Both the position numbers and the translations under genes were made by a program. Below, piece by piece: positions 29,918-39,192 of a stretch of DNA of 64,000 nucleotides. How positions within the stretch are numbered: the first letter of the stretch is position 1; the number at the start of each line of letters is the position of its first letter. The stretch spans positions 97,656 to 161,655 of the forward strand of contig CAZTJN010000001.1 in the NCBI GenBank assembly GCA_964613955.1, given 5' to 3'. Source of the stretch: an uncultured archaeon (GTDB lineage: Archaea; Aenigmatarchaeota; Aenigmatarchaeia; QMZP01; QMZT01). Under the pieces are notes generated by a model, which worked only from the letters and a program-made list of their open reading frames with translations, ran no database searches and had not been told where the DNA came from.

Positions 29918-30859
29918 ATGAAAGCGCTGGTAACAGGAGGAGCGGGCTTCATAGGTTCTCATTTGGTTGACGAACTAATCAGACATGGTCGTACGGTCAG
30001 GGTTTTGGACAACCTAAGCGCGGGCAAAGAAGAATTCATCGAACACCACTTCAACAACCCGAATTTCGAATTCTTAAAAACAGACCTGCTGAAGGATGAT
30101 ATTGATAAATATTTTAAAGGAGTAAAGAGGGTTTTCCATCTGGCAGCGAACCCTGAGGTGAGGATCGGAGCTGAAAACACAAGTATCGATCTGGAGCAAA
30201 ATGTCTTGGTCACTCACAAAGTACTGGAGGCCATGAGGAAGGAAAGGGTAAAATCAATTGTTTTCACTTCCTCATCAACTGTTTACGGCGAAGCAGACAT
30301 ACCAACACCCGAAAATTACACCCCGCTCAGGCCGATATCTTTGTACGGCGCTTCAAAACTGGCGTGCGAATCCATGATCTCCGCGTATTGCCACACCTTT
30401 GGCATGAATGCAGTTGTCCTCAGGCTGGCCAATGTAATAGGGAAGAGGAGCACCCACGGCGTTACCCGAAACTTTGTGGATAGTTTAAAAAAGAATCCGA
30501 ATGAACTTAAAATCCTCGGCAACGGCCTGCAGAACAAATCATACATCTACATAACAGATTTTATAAAGGTAATGTTGCTTGCTGTTGACAACTCTGAAAA
30601 ACCCTTTGATGTTTTCAACATAGGTTCCGAAGACCAGGTGGATGTTAGGAGAATTGCCGAAATAGTTTCGCAGGAAATGGGTTTGAATCCGAAATTCGCA
30701 TTTGCCGGCGGAAATAGGGGATGGAAAGGCGATATACCCGTTATGCTCTTGGACATTTCAAAGATAAAAAAACTGGGATGGAAACCCGAATACAGCTCAG
30801 AGGAGGCAGTGAGAAAGACGGCAGGGGATTTGCTCGAAGGGCCCAAAGCTCAGAACTAG
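29918..30859 (+). CDS. NDP-sugar epimerase/dehydratase (extended SDR, GalE-like)
   Basis: TGGAGFIGSH, HLAANP, TSSSTVYG, YGASK. Confidence 0.93.
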   Translation: MKALVTGGAGFIGSHLVDELIRHGRTVRVLDNLSAGKEEFIEHHFNNPNFEFLKTDLLKDDIDKYFKGVKRVFHLAANPEVRIGAENTSIDLEQNVLVTHKVLEAMRKERVKSIVFTSSSTVYGEADIPTPENYTPLRPISLYGASKLACESMISAYCHTFGMNAVVLRLANVIGKRSTHGVTRNFVDSLKKNPNELKILGNGLQNKSYIYITDFIKVMLLAVDNSEKPFDVFNIGSEDQVDVRRIAEIVSQEMGLNPKFAFAGGNRGWKGDIPVMLLDISKIKKLGWKPEYSSEEAVRKTAGDLLEGPKAQN

Positions 30860-30867
30860 ATAAGTTT

Positions 30868-31971
30868 ATGGTTTTTATGATAGTGAAAAACACTCTCCAG
30901 TTCCTTGACATACTGATTTCAAGATCGCTGGGATTCAGACCTAAAGGACCTTTATTTCTTTACCTGGAGATCACGAGAAAATGTAACCTTAGGTGTGAAT
31001 TCTGCAACCTCTGGATGGTGGAGAAGAAAAACCCAGAGCTCATGGGAAAGGAGATGAACACGGATGAGATATTTAACATTGTAAAGGATGCCAAAGATAT
31101 GGGCGTAGAGATTGTGGATATAGACGGGGGGGAACCTCTCCTGAGGGAGGATGTGTACAAAATCATAAAAGAGGTAAACAGGCATGGTATGAAGGCAGTT
31201 CTGGCCACCAACGGCACGCTGATAACAGAGACAGTGACGAAAAAATTACTGAATTCGGGTGTATCTTCTGTTCTGGTTTCCCTGGATGCGCCCGTACCGG
31301 AAAAACATGACAAGATAAGAGGAGTAAAAGGCTCTTTCAAGAAGGCTGTTGCGGGTATAAAAATCCTGAGAAAAATCGGCAAGGACGGGATAAAGATAGG
31401 CATAAATTCGCTGATCACAAGAGAAAATCTCGAACTTGTAAAAATGGCGAAGTTCGCTGGCTCACTCGGTGTTGACGGGATAAGGTTTCTCCCATACCAT
31501 CTGATTTACCCCCACAATTTATATTCTTTGCAAAATGAAAAATTGTTCATAAAAGACGATTCCGAGATTAACAAACTTGAAGAGGAAATAGAAAATCTAA
31601 TTAATTTTATTCCGAAGACAGGCCTGTACACAAATTCAATCCCTTTCTTAAGAGGCATTCCCGATTACTTCAGGGGGAACAGCGTTGTGGAAAAATGCTA
31701 TGCAGGCTATCTTTTCTGCGACATAAACTGTTACGGTGATTTGATGCCGTGCCTGATAAAACATAAAACCCTGAACATCCGAAACTCCTCATTCAAAGAG
31801 GCCTGGAACTCTGGGGAATTCGACAAGATGAGAAGGGAAATATCAAAAACCAGATGCGAAAACTGCTGGCACTCATGCTACATAGAACCAAACATAAGGA
31901 TGTCGCCTCTTTATCTTTTGAAGAACTGGAGAAATGTTTACCAAGAGATAAGATCCTATCTGAACGTTTAG
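30868..31971 (+). CDS. Radical SAM enzyme with twitch/SPASM domain
   Basis: CNLRCEFC, DGGEPLLRED, TNG, CYAG..GDLMPC..CENCWHSC; start moved to ATG 30868 (or 30877) to avoid overlap with the epimerase. Confidence 0.92.
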   Translation: MVFMIVKNTLQFLDILISRSLGFRPKGPLFLYLEITRKCNLRCEFCNLWMVEKKNPELMGKEMNTDEIFNIVKDAKDMGVEIVDIDGGEPLLREDVYKIIKEVNRHGMKAVLATNGTLITETVTKKLLNSGVSSVLVSLDAPVPEKHDKIRGVKGSFKKAVAGIKILRKIGKDGIKIGINSLITRENLELVKMAKFAGSLGVDGIRFLPYHLIYPHNLYSLQNEKLFIKDDSEINKLEEEIENLINFIPKTGLYTNSIPFLRGIPDYFRGNSVVEKCYAGYLFCDINCYGDLMPCLIKHKTLNIRNSSFKEAWNSGEFDKMRREISKTRCENCWHSCYIEPNIRMSPLYLLKNWRNVYQEIRSYLNV

Positions 31972-32176
31972 CTAAATATTTCCTCCATTATCTGCCAAGC
32001 ATCACCCCAACTACAACCTAAGGGAGCCTCTTTCAGCAAAAATCTTTTATCAGGATCCTCGAAGGAATTCGTTGATATCAAAAAATAAATATCAGGACAG
32101 AAATTAGGACGATGAGTATGAAAAAGGTCTTCAGATTATAATGTTTACGGAACCTGTTCAACAGAGTATAATTCAT
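31968..32176 (-). pseudogene. Deletion remnant of a subfamily-B GT-C gene
   Basis: MNYTLLNRFRKHYNLKTFFILIVLISV fused out of frame to DIYFLISTNSFEDPDKRFLL.., resembling the N- and C-termini (NFEDVDNRIFL) of adjacent 32238-33884. Confidence 0.55.
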
Positions 32177-32237
32177 AAATTCTAATATCCCAAGCAGATA
32201 TTAAATTTTAACTGCTCGGTCCTAATTTGATTCTGAT

Positions 32238-33884
32238 TTATGACGTTCTTACTGAATATATGTCATACACAGGATAACCTCTGGAGTCGTTTATTCTGGT
32301 TTCCAACACCAAGATTTTATTTTTTTCACTTGATTTCTCCTGTAGGATTTTGAGCGGTATATCACATGGATTTGTTTTTTCATGACATATCCCGAGGAAT
32401 ATTCTATTATCAACATCTTCAAAATTTTTCCTCAGAGGTGAAGGAAAAATATACAGAGTTTCGCTAAAATTCAACATCTTATCAATAAGTCTTGCAGCCT
32501 CTGGACATTTAAGAGTTTTTTCATTTTCTAAAAAACCTACATTACACAAACTATATAAATGCCCCTTTTGTTGTAGAGGGATCATATCATCCAGGACAGG
32601 TACACTCGCGGGCATCACCACGTATGGAGCATCTTTAAGGTATAATGAAGCTTCATAATGAACCATGGCCCTTTCAGGCAGATTATCCTCTACCCATGTC
32701 TGATTTTTGAGGGTATTCACAGCTTTGAATGTTGTTTGAACGTTAAGAAACGAGAATATCGTAATCAATATAATAATTACTACAGCCTTTTTTGTTTTAA
32801 ATTTGAATAAAGTTAGAAATCTGGATATGAGTAAGATAAAAATTGGAAAAATTGCGAAAAGATGAAACGGATGTGGTACAGTGGGAACGAATATACTTAA
32901 AAATAGAAAAACAAGCAACATGCCCAATAAAAAGTAATCTTTTTGAGATCCATACCATAAAATGACAGGGATACACAGAAGAAAGAGGAAAATATTGAAG
33001 CTGAAACCCTCTTTGTAGCACCATTCACATTCGCCTCCGAGATAAATTGAAAACCATGCGGACTTTTCAGATGATATGTACATGAATTGTTTCAGCCTTT
33101 CTTGCAGATTTTTTATTATCTCAAAGTTATTGTAACCATATTGTGTTTTTACTGAATTTGAAAATACATCATTCAAAGTCGAGAAGTTTGTCTCGAAATT
33201 GTAAATTATCAAAAGACTTGAACCAATTAAAAAGAAAAGAACTGCAAAAAATATGTGGTTTTTTGTTATTTTGATATTTTTCAATTTGACTTTAAGGAAC
33301 TTTATTAAAATAAATTTGACAAAGATGAATGAGAGAAATATTGATATCAATATGTACAGTATCAGTAATTTGAAATATATGGCATAGCCCGCTATTAAAG
33401 AGGCAAGAGACAAATACACAATCTTTTCTGTTTTGTAATATTTGTATGAAAAAAGAAGTATAGAGACGGTGAAGAACGGATAAAATGTGACATCATCAAA
33501 TTTCATTAAGACAAAAAACGGGTTTATTGCCAGGAAAAGGGAGCATAATAAAGCGGTTTTTATTCCATAAAACTCTTTTACAAAAAGGTAAAAAAGTAAA
33601 ATGGTAAGTGTTATAAAGAATGACTCGGCTAACCTGTACGCAAAAATATTGAAGCCCATTATTACAAAAAACGGGACAACCAATATATTTCCCCCGCTCC
33701 AAGGTTTTTGGTGCGGAAAGAACCCTTGACCTTTGAAGAAATTTATAACCGGCCTCAGGGCACTGGTGTCTCCGCCGAGGGTGATGTCATACCAATTATA
33801 AAAGCTTATTACAAAACTGAGAATCAGGATTATGACTAAGAATACAGTCTTCCTTTCAATTTTTGCATACCTTTCAATCATCAT
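32238..33884 (-). CDS. GT-C multi-TM glycosyltransferase, subfamily B
   Basis: SFYNW..GGD, YFKLLILY, YNF, C-terminal LETRINDSRGYPVYDIYS shared with 42288-43976. Confidence 0.8.
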   Translation of the reverse strand: MMIERYAKIERKTVFLVIILILSFVISFYNWYDITLGGDTSALRPVINFFKGQGFFPHQKPWSGGNILVVPFFVIMGFNIFAYRLAESFFITLTILLFYLFVKEFYGIKTALLCSLFLAINPFFVLMKFDDVTFYPFFTVSILLFSYKYYKTEKIVYLSLASLIAGYAIYFKLLILYILISIFLSFIFVKFILIKFLKVKLKNIKITKNHIFFAVLFFLIGSSLLIIYNFETNFSTLNDVFSNSVKTQYGYNNFEIIKNLQERLKQFMYISSEKSAWFSIYLGGECEWCYKEGFSFNIFLFLLCIPVILWYGSQKDYFLLGMLLVFLFLSIFVPTVPHPFHLFAIFPIFILLISRFLTLFKFKTKKAVVIIILITIFSFLNVQTTFKAVNTLKNQTWVEDNLPERAMVHYEASLYLKDAPYVVMPASVPVLDDMIPLQQKGHLYSLCNVGFLENEKTLKCPEAARLIDKMLNFSETLYIFPSPLRKNFEDVDNRIFLGICHEKTNPCDIPLKILQEKSSEKNKILVLETRINDSRGYPVYDIYSVRTS

Positions 33885-33892
33885 TAAGATAT

Positions 33893-34588
33893 TTATTTCA
33901 CACTTTCAAATTTAATTTTTAATATCTCAAAAAACTGCGAAATGCTGTCCCTGAAAAGATTCATTTTTGTGTCTTTTCCCTCTTCCCATTTGACCGGTAT
34001 TTCCTTTATACTTAAACCCCTTTTCTTGGCCTTCACCAGAAATTCCAAGTCCCAGCTCCAGCCATTATTTCTTATTCCCTTATTCAAATTCACGAACACG
34101 TCTCTCTTGAATCCTTTAAAACCACATTCCGTGTCAGTTAATTTCAGGTCAGGGAAGAAAACTTTAACAAAAAAATGATATATTTTGCTGAGCAAAAATC
34201 TTTTTAAAATTCTTGATGCCTTCGAACGTTTCAAATACCTTGAACCTATGACCAGATCGTATTCCTTCAAAAACCTTATAAGGTCCTTTAAGTATTTGAG
34301 ATCCGTCGCTAGATCGGCATCCATATAAACAACGTGGTCTCCTCTTACGTAAAGACTTGCATGCTTTAAAGCACCACCCTTGCCTAGCTTTTTATCTGAA
34401 TGAATATGAATAGTTTTTTTATCCTTCATCAGCCTCTCAGCTATTTTGTCGCTCCCGTCTGTGGAACCGTCCTCGGCTATGATTATCTCGTAATTTATTT
34501 TCAAAGAATCCAGAAAGTTCTTCAATCTGACTACGTTTCTTTTCAGCTTGTTCGCTTCGTTGTAAACCGGCAAGATAAATGAAATCAT
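33893..34588 (-). CDS. Dol-P-glucose synthase-like (ALG5-like) GT2
   Basis: ISFILPVYNE, AEDGSTDGS, GKGGA, MDADLATD, DTECGFKGF; ATG 34588 preferred. Confidence 0.92.
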   Translation of the reverse strand: MISFILPVYNEANKLKRNVVRLKNFLDSLKINYEIIIAEDGSTDGSDKIAERLMKDKKTIHIHSDKKLGKGGALKHASLYVRGDHVVYMDADLATDLKYLKDLIRFLKEYDLVIGSRYLKRSKASRILKRFLLSKIYHFFVKVFFPDLKLTDTECGFKGFKRDVFVNLNKGIRNNGWSWDLEFLVKAKKRGLSIKEIPVKWEEGKDTKMNLFRDSISQFFEILKIKFESVK

Positions 34589-34636
34589 ATCGAATAATTT
34601 TAAAATCTTTAAATTATTAAACCTATTATACAAAAT

Positions 34637-35710
34637 ATGCGAAAAATCAGATTCTTTGACTTCGAAATAAGCAAGGAAGAAAGGGAATCGGTTATTGGCG
34701 TGTTAAAGAGGAGATGGCTGAGACAGGGGCCGGAAGTCGAGGCCTTTGAAAAAGAAATATGCAGGCTGACCGGTTCCAAACACGCGGTTGCCACGAGCAG
34801 CTGCACAGGTGCTCTGCATCTTTCCCTGCTTGCACTTGGGATAAAGGGTAAGGTTCTTGTTCCTTCCCTGACGTTCCCCGCAACCTGCAATGCCGTTGTT
34901 AATTCCGGGAACACACCTGTGTTTGTTGACATAGACCCAAAGATTTACACCATGAACCCGGAAGAAATAGAGAAAATCGTGAGGACGGATAAGGACATCA
35001 AGGCAATAATGCCCGTCCACATTTTTGGAATGCCTGCTGAGATGGACAGGATAATGGAAATCGCTGAAGCATACGATCTCCGTATAATAGAGGACTGCGC
35101 ACAGGCGTTCGGGGCGAAATACAGGAAAAAAAGCGTTGGTATGTGGGGAGATGTTGGTTGCTTCTCCTTTGATACGGTCAAGCCGTTCACTTCAGGCGAA
35201 GGAGGGTGTTTGATAACGAATAATGAAGAGATTGCTGAAAAGGCGAGGGCGATGAAGGACCACGGGAGAATCAAAAACAAGTTTCTGTTTTTCGGCCTGA
35301 ACTACAAGCCCACGGACATCCAGATATCCCTGCTCAACGCGCAGATCAAGAATTTCAAGAAAGTTATGGAAATAAGGAGGGGTTTGTTCGAAGAGTACAA
35401 CAGGCTGATAACCAACGAGGAAATTGAGAAGCCTTTCATACCAGAGCACGTCGAACATGCCTACGTGTACTATACCATGAAACTCCCTGCCAATGCCGAG
35501 CACGTGAAAAGCAAGCTCATGGAAATGGGAATAGAAACAAAGACCTATCCACCTGTTCACCTGGAACCTGTTTATGTGAAATACAAAACAAAGCTGCCTG
35601 TAACAGAGGAGGTTTGTGAAAGGCTTCTTTCACCGCCTTTATTCAATATAATAAAGAAAGAAGAAGTTGAATATGTAGTTAAAAGCTTGGATTCTATATT
35701 AAAAAAATAG
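34637..35710 (+). CDS. DegT/DnrJ/EryC1/StrS PLP sugar aminotransferase
   Basis: SSCTGALHL, PVHIFG, IEDCAQAFGA, FSFDTVKPFTSGEGG. Confidence 0.95.
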   Translation: MRKIRFFDFEISKEERESVIGVLKRRWLRQGPEVEAFEKEICRLTGSKHAVATSSCTGALHLSLLALGIKGKVLVPSLTFPATCNAVVNSGNTPVFVDIDPKIYTMNPEEIEKIVRTDKDIKAIMPVHIFGMPAEMDRIMEIAEAYDLRIIEDCAQAFGAKYRKKSVGMWGDVGCFSFDTVKPFTSGEGGCLITNNEEIAEKARAMKDHGRIKNKFLFFGLNYKPTDIQISLLNAQIKNFKKVMEIRRGLFEEYNRLITNEEIEKPFIPEHVEHAYVYYTMKLPANAEHVKSKLMEMGIETKTYPPVHLEPVYVKYKTKLPVTEEVCERLLSPPLFNIIKKEEVEYVVKSLDSILKK

Positions 35711-35741
35711 TTATAAAAAGGATAAATCGAATGGTGGAGAA

Positions 35742-36602
35742 ATGAAAGATATCGGATTGTCTGTAATTATCCCAGTATATAACGAAGAGGAGAGTATAAA
35801 AAATACCTTAAAGGATTTAAAAAATGTGATGAAGGATTCCAAAATAAAATATGAAATTTTGGTGGTTGATGATGGTTCTACGGACAACACTGCGAAAATG
35901 GTCAAGGGGGATGGAATTAATTTGATAAAACATCCGCAAAATATGGGGTACGGGGCGGCGTTAAAAACCGGAATAAGAAACGCTAAGGGTGGGTTGATTT
36001 TGATAACAGACGCTGATGGGACTTATCCAGCAAAGGATATACCTAAACTCATTGAATACGCCGATAAATACGACATGGTGATAGGAGCAAGAACCGGGAA
36101 GAATGTAAAAATACCACTTCACAGAAGACCTGCCAAATGGCTTTTATCAAAGCTGGCAAATTTTCTGTCCGGAACCAGAATACCTGATTTGAATTCAGGG
36201 ATACGTGTTTTTAGAAAGAAGGATATAGAGAATTTTTTCCGAATAATACCCTCCGGGTTTTCATTCACGACCACTATTACCCTGGCTTATTTGGTCAACA
36301 ACTACTCGGTAGGTTTCGTTCCAATAGACTATTTGAAAAGGGAAGGGAAATCCAAAATAAGACCGATTAGAGATAGTGTCAATTTTTTTTCGCTGATAAT
36401 AAAGACCATAACTTATTTTAATCCGCTTAAGATCTTCATACCCATAAGCATTTTAATATTCATTGCTGCCTTGTTCATATTTTTGTACAGTTTTTTCATT
36501 ACAGGAAGACTAATGGATGTTACTATTATAGTTCTTGTGGTGGCATCCATCCAGATTGCCTTATTTGGTTTATTTGCTGACTTAATTGTAAAAAGGGGGT
36601 AA
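35742..36602 (+). CDS. GT2 with two C-terminal TM helices (Dol-P-sugar synthase-like)
   Basis: IIPVYNEE, DDGSTD, NMGYG, TDADGTYP, DLNSG, GFSFTTTITL. Confidence 0.92.
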   Translation: MKDIGLSVIIPVYNEEESIKNTLKDLKNVMKDSKIKYEILVVDDGSTDNTAKMVKGDGINLIKHPQNMGYGAALKTGIRNAKGGLILITDADGTYPAKDIPKLIEYADKYDMVIGARTGKNVKIPLHRRPAKWLLSKLANFLSGTRIPDLNSGIRVFRKKDIENFFRIIPSGFSFTTTITLAYLVNNYSVGFVPIDYLKREGKSKIRPIRDSVNFFSLIIKTITYFNPLKIFIPISILIFIAALFIFLYSFFITGRLMDVTIIVLVVASIQIALFGLFADLIVKRG

Positions 36603-36603
36603 T

Positions 36604-38238
36604 ATGAGAAATATCTATGCTGAAAAGGCAATATCACAAATCCCAAGACTGTTAAGTCTAGAGGACAGAAACCCTTTGTCCAAAACATACGGGTGTTTTG
36701 ATAGAACATACTGGCTTGACAAAGCCATAGATTTTCCTTCTGCAATATATCAGTTTGCTGTTCACAGTCTGGCTCTGGTTTACACCCATAAATTCCCTAA
36801 AAATATTTACTTCAAAAATGAAAAAATTAAAAATTGGTGCCTTGCTGGTATAGATTTTTGGACCAAAATCCAGAAAAATGATGGATCGTACGATGAATTT
36901 TATCCGAATGAAAGGGGGTGGGCAGGACCCACGGGTTTTCTTTTGTATGCAATGATGGAATCCTACAAATTACTAAAAAGTGAATTCCCAAAGGACTTGA
37001 GGGAAAAATTTTTCAGAGCAGCCAAAAAATCTGCAAAATATTTAATTAAATATGATGAACACGGGATACTCGCAAACCATCATGCAGTAGCCATGCTTGC
37101 TGTATATTCTGCTTACGATATTTTGAAAGAGGACTGGATACTAGAAGGTTACACTAAAAAATTTGAATTTTTCAAAAAATTAAACTATCCAGAAGGTTGG
37201 TCACTGGAATACGATGGAGTTGATATGGGTTATCTCTCCGCCACGGTTAGCTTTTTGGGAAAAATTTACAAAATGAATCCAGATCCGGCAATATTAAACT
37301 TGGCCAAGAAATCTATAGATTTTACCAGCTATTTCGTATACCCGAATAAATTTTATGCTGGAACAATTGGAAGCAGACAAACATCTCATTTTTATCCACA
37401 TGGGTACGAGATATTTAGCAGGCAGATTCCTCTGGCTGGTAAAATCGCTGATAAAATGCTAGAGGGTTTGGAGGAGGGGAGATTAGTTCCTCCAGAGATT
37501 ATGCCTGATAGATACTTAGCTTACAGAGTCCCAGAGTTTTTACTGGCTTATTTAGATTACAAACCTCGGAAGAGCAAAATAACTGATTTACCACACGAAA
37601 GGAAGCCGTTCCAAAAATATTTTACTCAAGCGGGTATCTTTATTAAGAGGGACAAGGATTATTATATGATTGTAAATTTAAATAAAGGAGGTATCATAAA
37701 AGTTTTCGATGTAAGATCAAAAAAACTGGTTCATAATGACTGCGGAATTTTGGGCAGGTTAAAGGGAAGGAAACTTGTGACTTCCCAGTGGGTAGACAAG
37801 GATTATAAAAAAGAAGTAAAAGAAGACAAGGTTATCATTTCTGGTCACCTTCACCAAGTCCCTGAAAAAATGCCCACTCCATTTAAAATGATTCTTTTTA
37901 GGACAGCACTTTTGAGTCTGGGTAGAAATACCAGAATGGCCTATAAGCTGAAGGGTATTATTAGGAAAATGATGATAACCAAGAGCAAAAGGGTTCCCAT
38001 TAAATTTGAAAGAAAGATAAGTTTCAAAGACAAAATAAGTGTGGAGGATAAGATCATAATTCTGAAAAATGATAAATTCGAATCTCTGATGATCGGAGAT
38101 GAATTTTCCGTAAGATATGTCCCACAATCTTTATACTTTCAAAATCAAGAACTTGATGTTAAAGGATTTAATGTCCATAATGATTACTTGAATAATTTGA
38201 ACAAGAAACGAGAAATAATTTTAAACAGAAAGATTTAG
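36604..38238 (+). CDS. Uncharacterised alpha/alpha-barrel-like cytoplasmic enzyme
   Basis: PRLLSLEDRNPLSKTYGCFDRTYW; QW-like AGIDFWTKIQKNDGSY; ANH; EGWSLEYDGVDMGY; beta-rich C-terminus. Confidence 0.7.
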   Translation: MRNIYAEKAISQIPRLLSLEDRNPLSKTYGCFDRTYWLDKAIDFPSAIYQFAVHSLALVYTHKFPKNIYFKNEKIKNWCLAGIDFWTKIQKNDGSYDEFYPNERGWAGPTGFLLYAMMESYKLLKSEFPKDLREKFFRAAKKSAKYLIKYDEHGILANHHAVAMLAVYSAYDILKEDWILEGYTKKFEFFKKLNYPEGWSLEYDGVDMGYLSATVSFLGKIYKMNPDPAILNLAKKSIDFTSYFVYPNKFYAGTIGSRQTSHFYPHGYEIFSRQIPLAGKIADKMLEGLEEGRLVPPEIMPDRYLAYRVPEFLLAYLDYKPRKSKITDLPHERKPFQKYFTQAGIFIKRDKDYYMIVNLNKGGIIKVFDVRSKKLVHNDCGILGRLKGRKLVTSQWVDKDYKKEVKEDKVIISGHLHQVPEKMPTPFKMILFRTALLSLGRNTRMAYKLKGIIRKMMITKSKRVPIKFERKISFKDKISVEDKIIILKNDKFESLMIGDEFSVRYVPQSLYFQNQELDVKGFNVHNDYLNNLNKKREIILNRKI

Positions 38239-39156
38239 TTTATTTTTAAATTTGATGTACTTTTTCATGAATGGTATTCCTATTAAAGCCAGTAACCAAT
38301 ACCTGAAAAAAGAGAATAAAATTCCAACACCCAATAACTCGGCTGGTTTTGCATATTCAGAGAAAAGTAAGATTATTGCAGAATCCCTTGTGCCCATACC
38401 ACCTAATGTTACTGGTATTTGGCCTATGAGTATGGCAATAGGTATATTTGCCATTATAAAAAATAAAGGCACGTCAATACCCAATGCCGAAAATAATAGG
38501 ATCATTTGCACGACTGCTATAAACCAAAAAATGATAGAATAGACCGAGAGAATAAAAAATAAGTTAGGCTTTTTTGGTAAGATTTTTAGAGAAGAAAATA
38601 CATCTCTAATTTTATCATTCCATGATTTTTTGATTGGGAGTTTAATTCTGAAATTTTGAATTAAAAACAAGGAAAATAAAGCAATAAGAATGATAATAAT
38701 TATAATTAATACCTCTGTTATTGGATAAAAAATCAATCCTATCAAAGCAAGCAGTATCAAAAACAAAACATCCAGAATTCTTTCCGTCAAAATACTGCCA
38801 ATTGTTTTGCCAGCAGGGAACTTGCCCTTTAAATAAAGAGTTTTTATCAAATCCCCTGATTTTGATGGCGTTATTGGAAGCAAGGGAAAAGTTGCCATTA
38901 CTACATGAAAACATTCTTTAAAGGGAATCTTACAGCCAATTGATTTTAATATTATTTGCCATCTTCTTGTTTTGATCAAGATAGCAATTAATTCCAAAAC
39001 AACCATAATTGATAATAACCAAATATTAGACCTTGATAAAATACCGACAACTGAGAAAAAATCAATTTGGCTGAAAATTACTAGGAAAATTACTATGGTT
39101 ATTAAAAGGATTAGGAATATTCTTATTTTTTTATTAAGAAATTGGTTAATTGACAT
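38221..39156 (-). CDS. Lysylphosphatidylglycerol-synthase-TM family flippase-like protein
   Basis: RWQIIL, TPSKSGDLIK, ERILD, PVTLGGMGTRD, FR. Confidence 0.88.
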   Translation of the reverse strand: MSINQFLNKKIRIFLILLITIVIFLVIFSQIDFFSVVGILSRSNIWLLSIMVVLELIAILIKTRRWQIILKSIGCKIPFKECFHVVMATFPLLPITPSKSGDLIKTLYLKGKFPAGKTIGSILTERILDVLFLILLALIGLIFYPITEVLIIIIIILIALFSLFLIQNFRIKLPIKKSWNDKIRDVFSSLKILPKKPNLFFILSVYSIIFWFIAVVQMILLFSALGIDVPLFFIMANIPIAILIGQIPVTLGGMGTRDSAIILLFSEYAKPAELLGVGILFSFFRYWLLALIGIPFMKKYIKFKNKLNLSV

Positions 39157-39192
39157 GTTTCTATTTTAAATATCTTAAATAAAAGTTTTGAT

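Noticed and set aside
30721..30867. 49-aa N-terminal extension of the rSAM in the ORF track
   Set aside because: Overlaps the epimerase coding region in another frame; ATG 30868/30877 gives normal length
36604..38238. Squalene-hopene cyclase or true hopanoid pathway
   Set aside because: No DxDD motif, only one clear QW-like repeat, and no squalene synthesis genes
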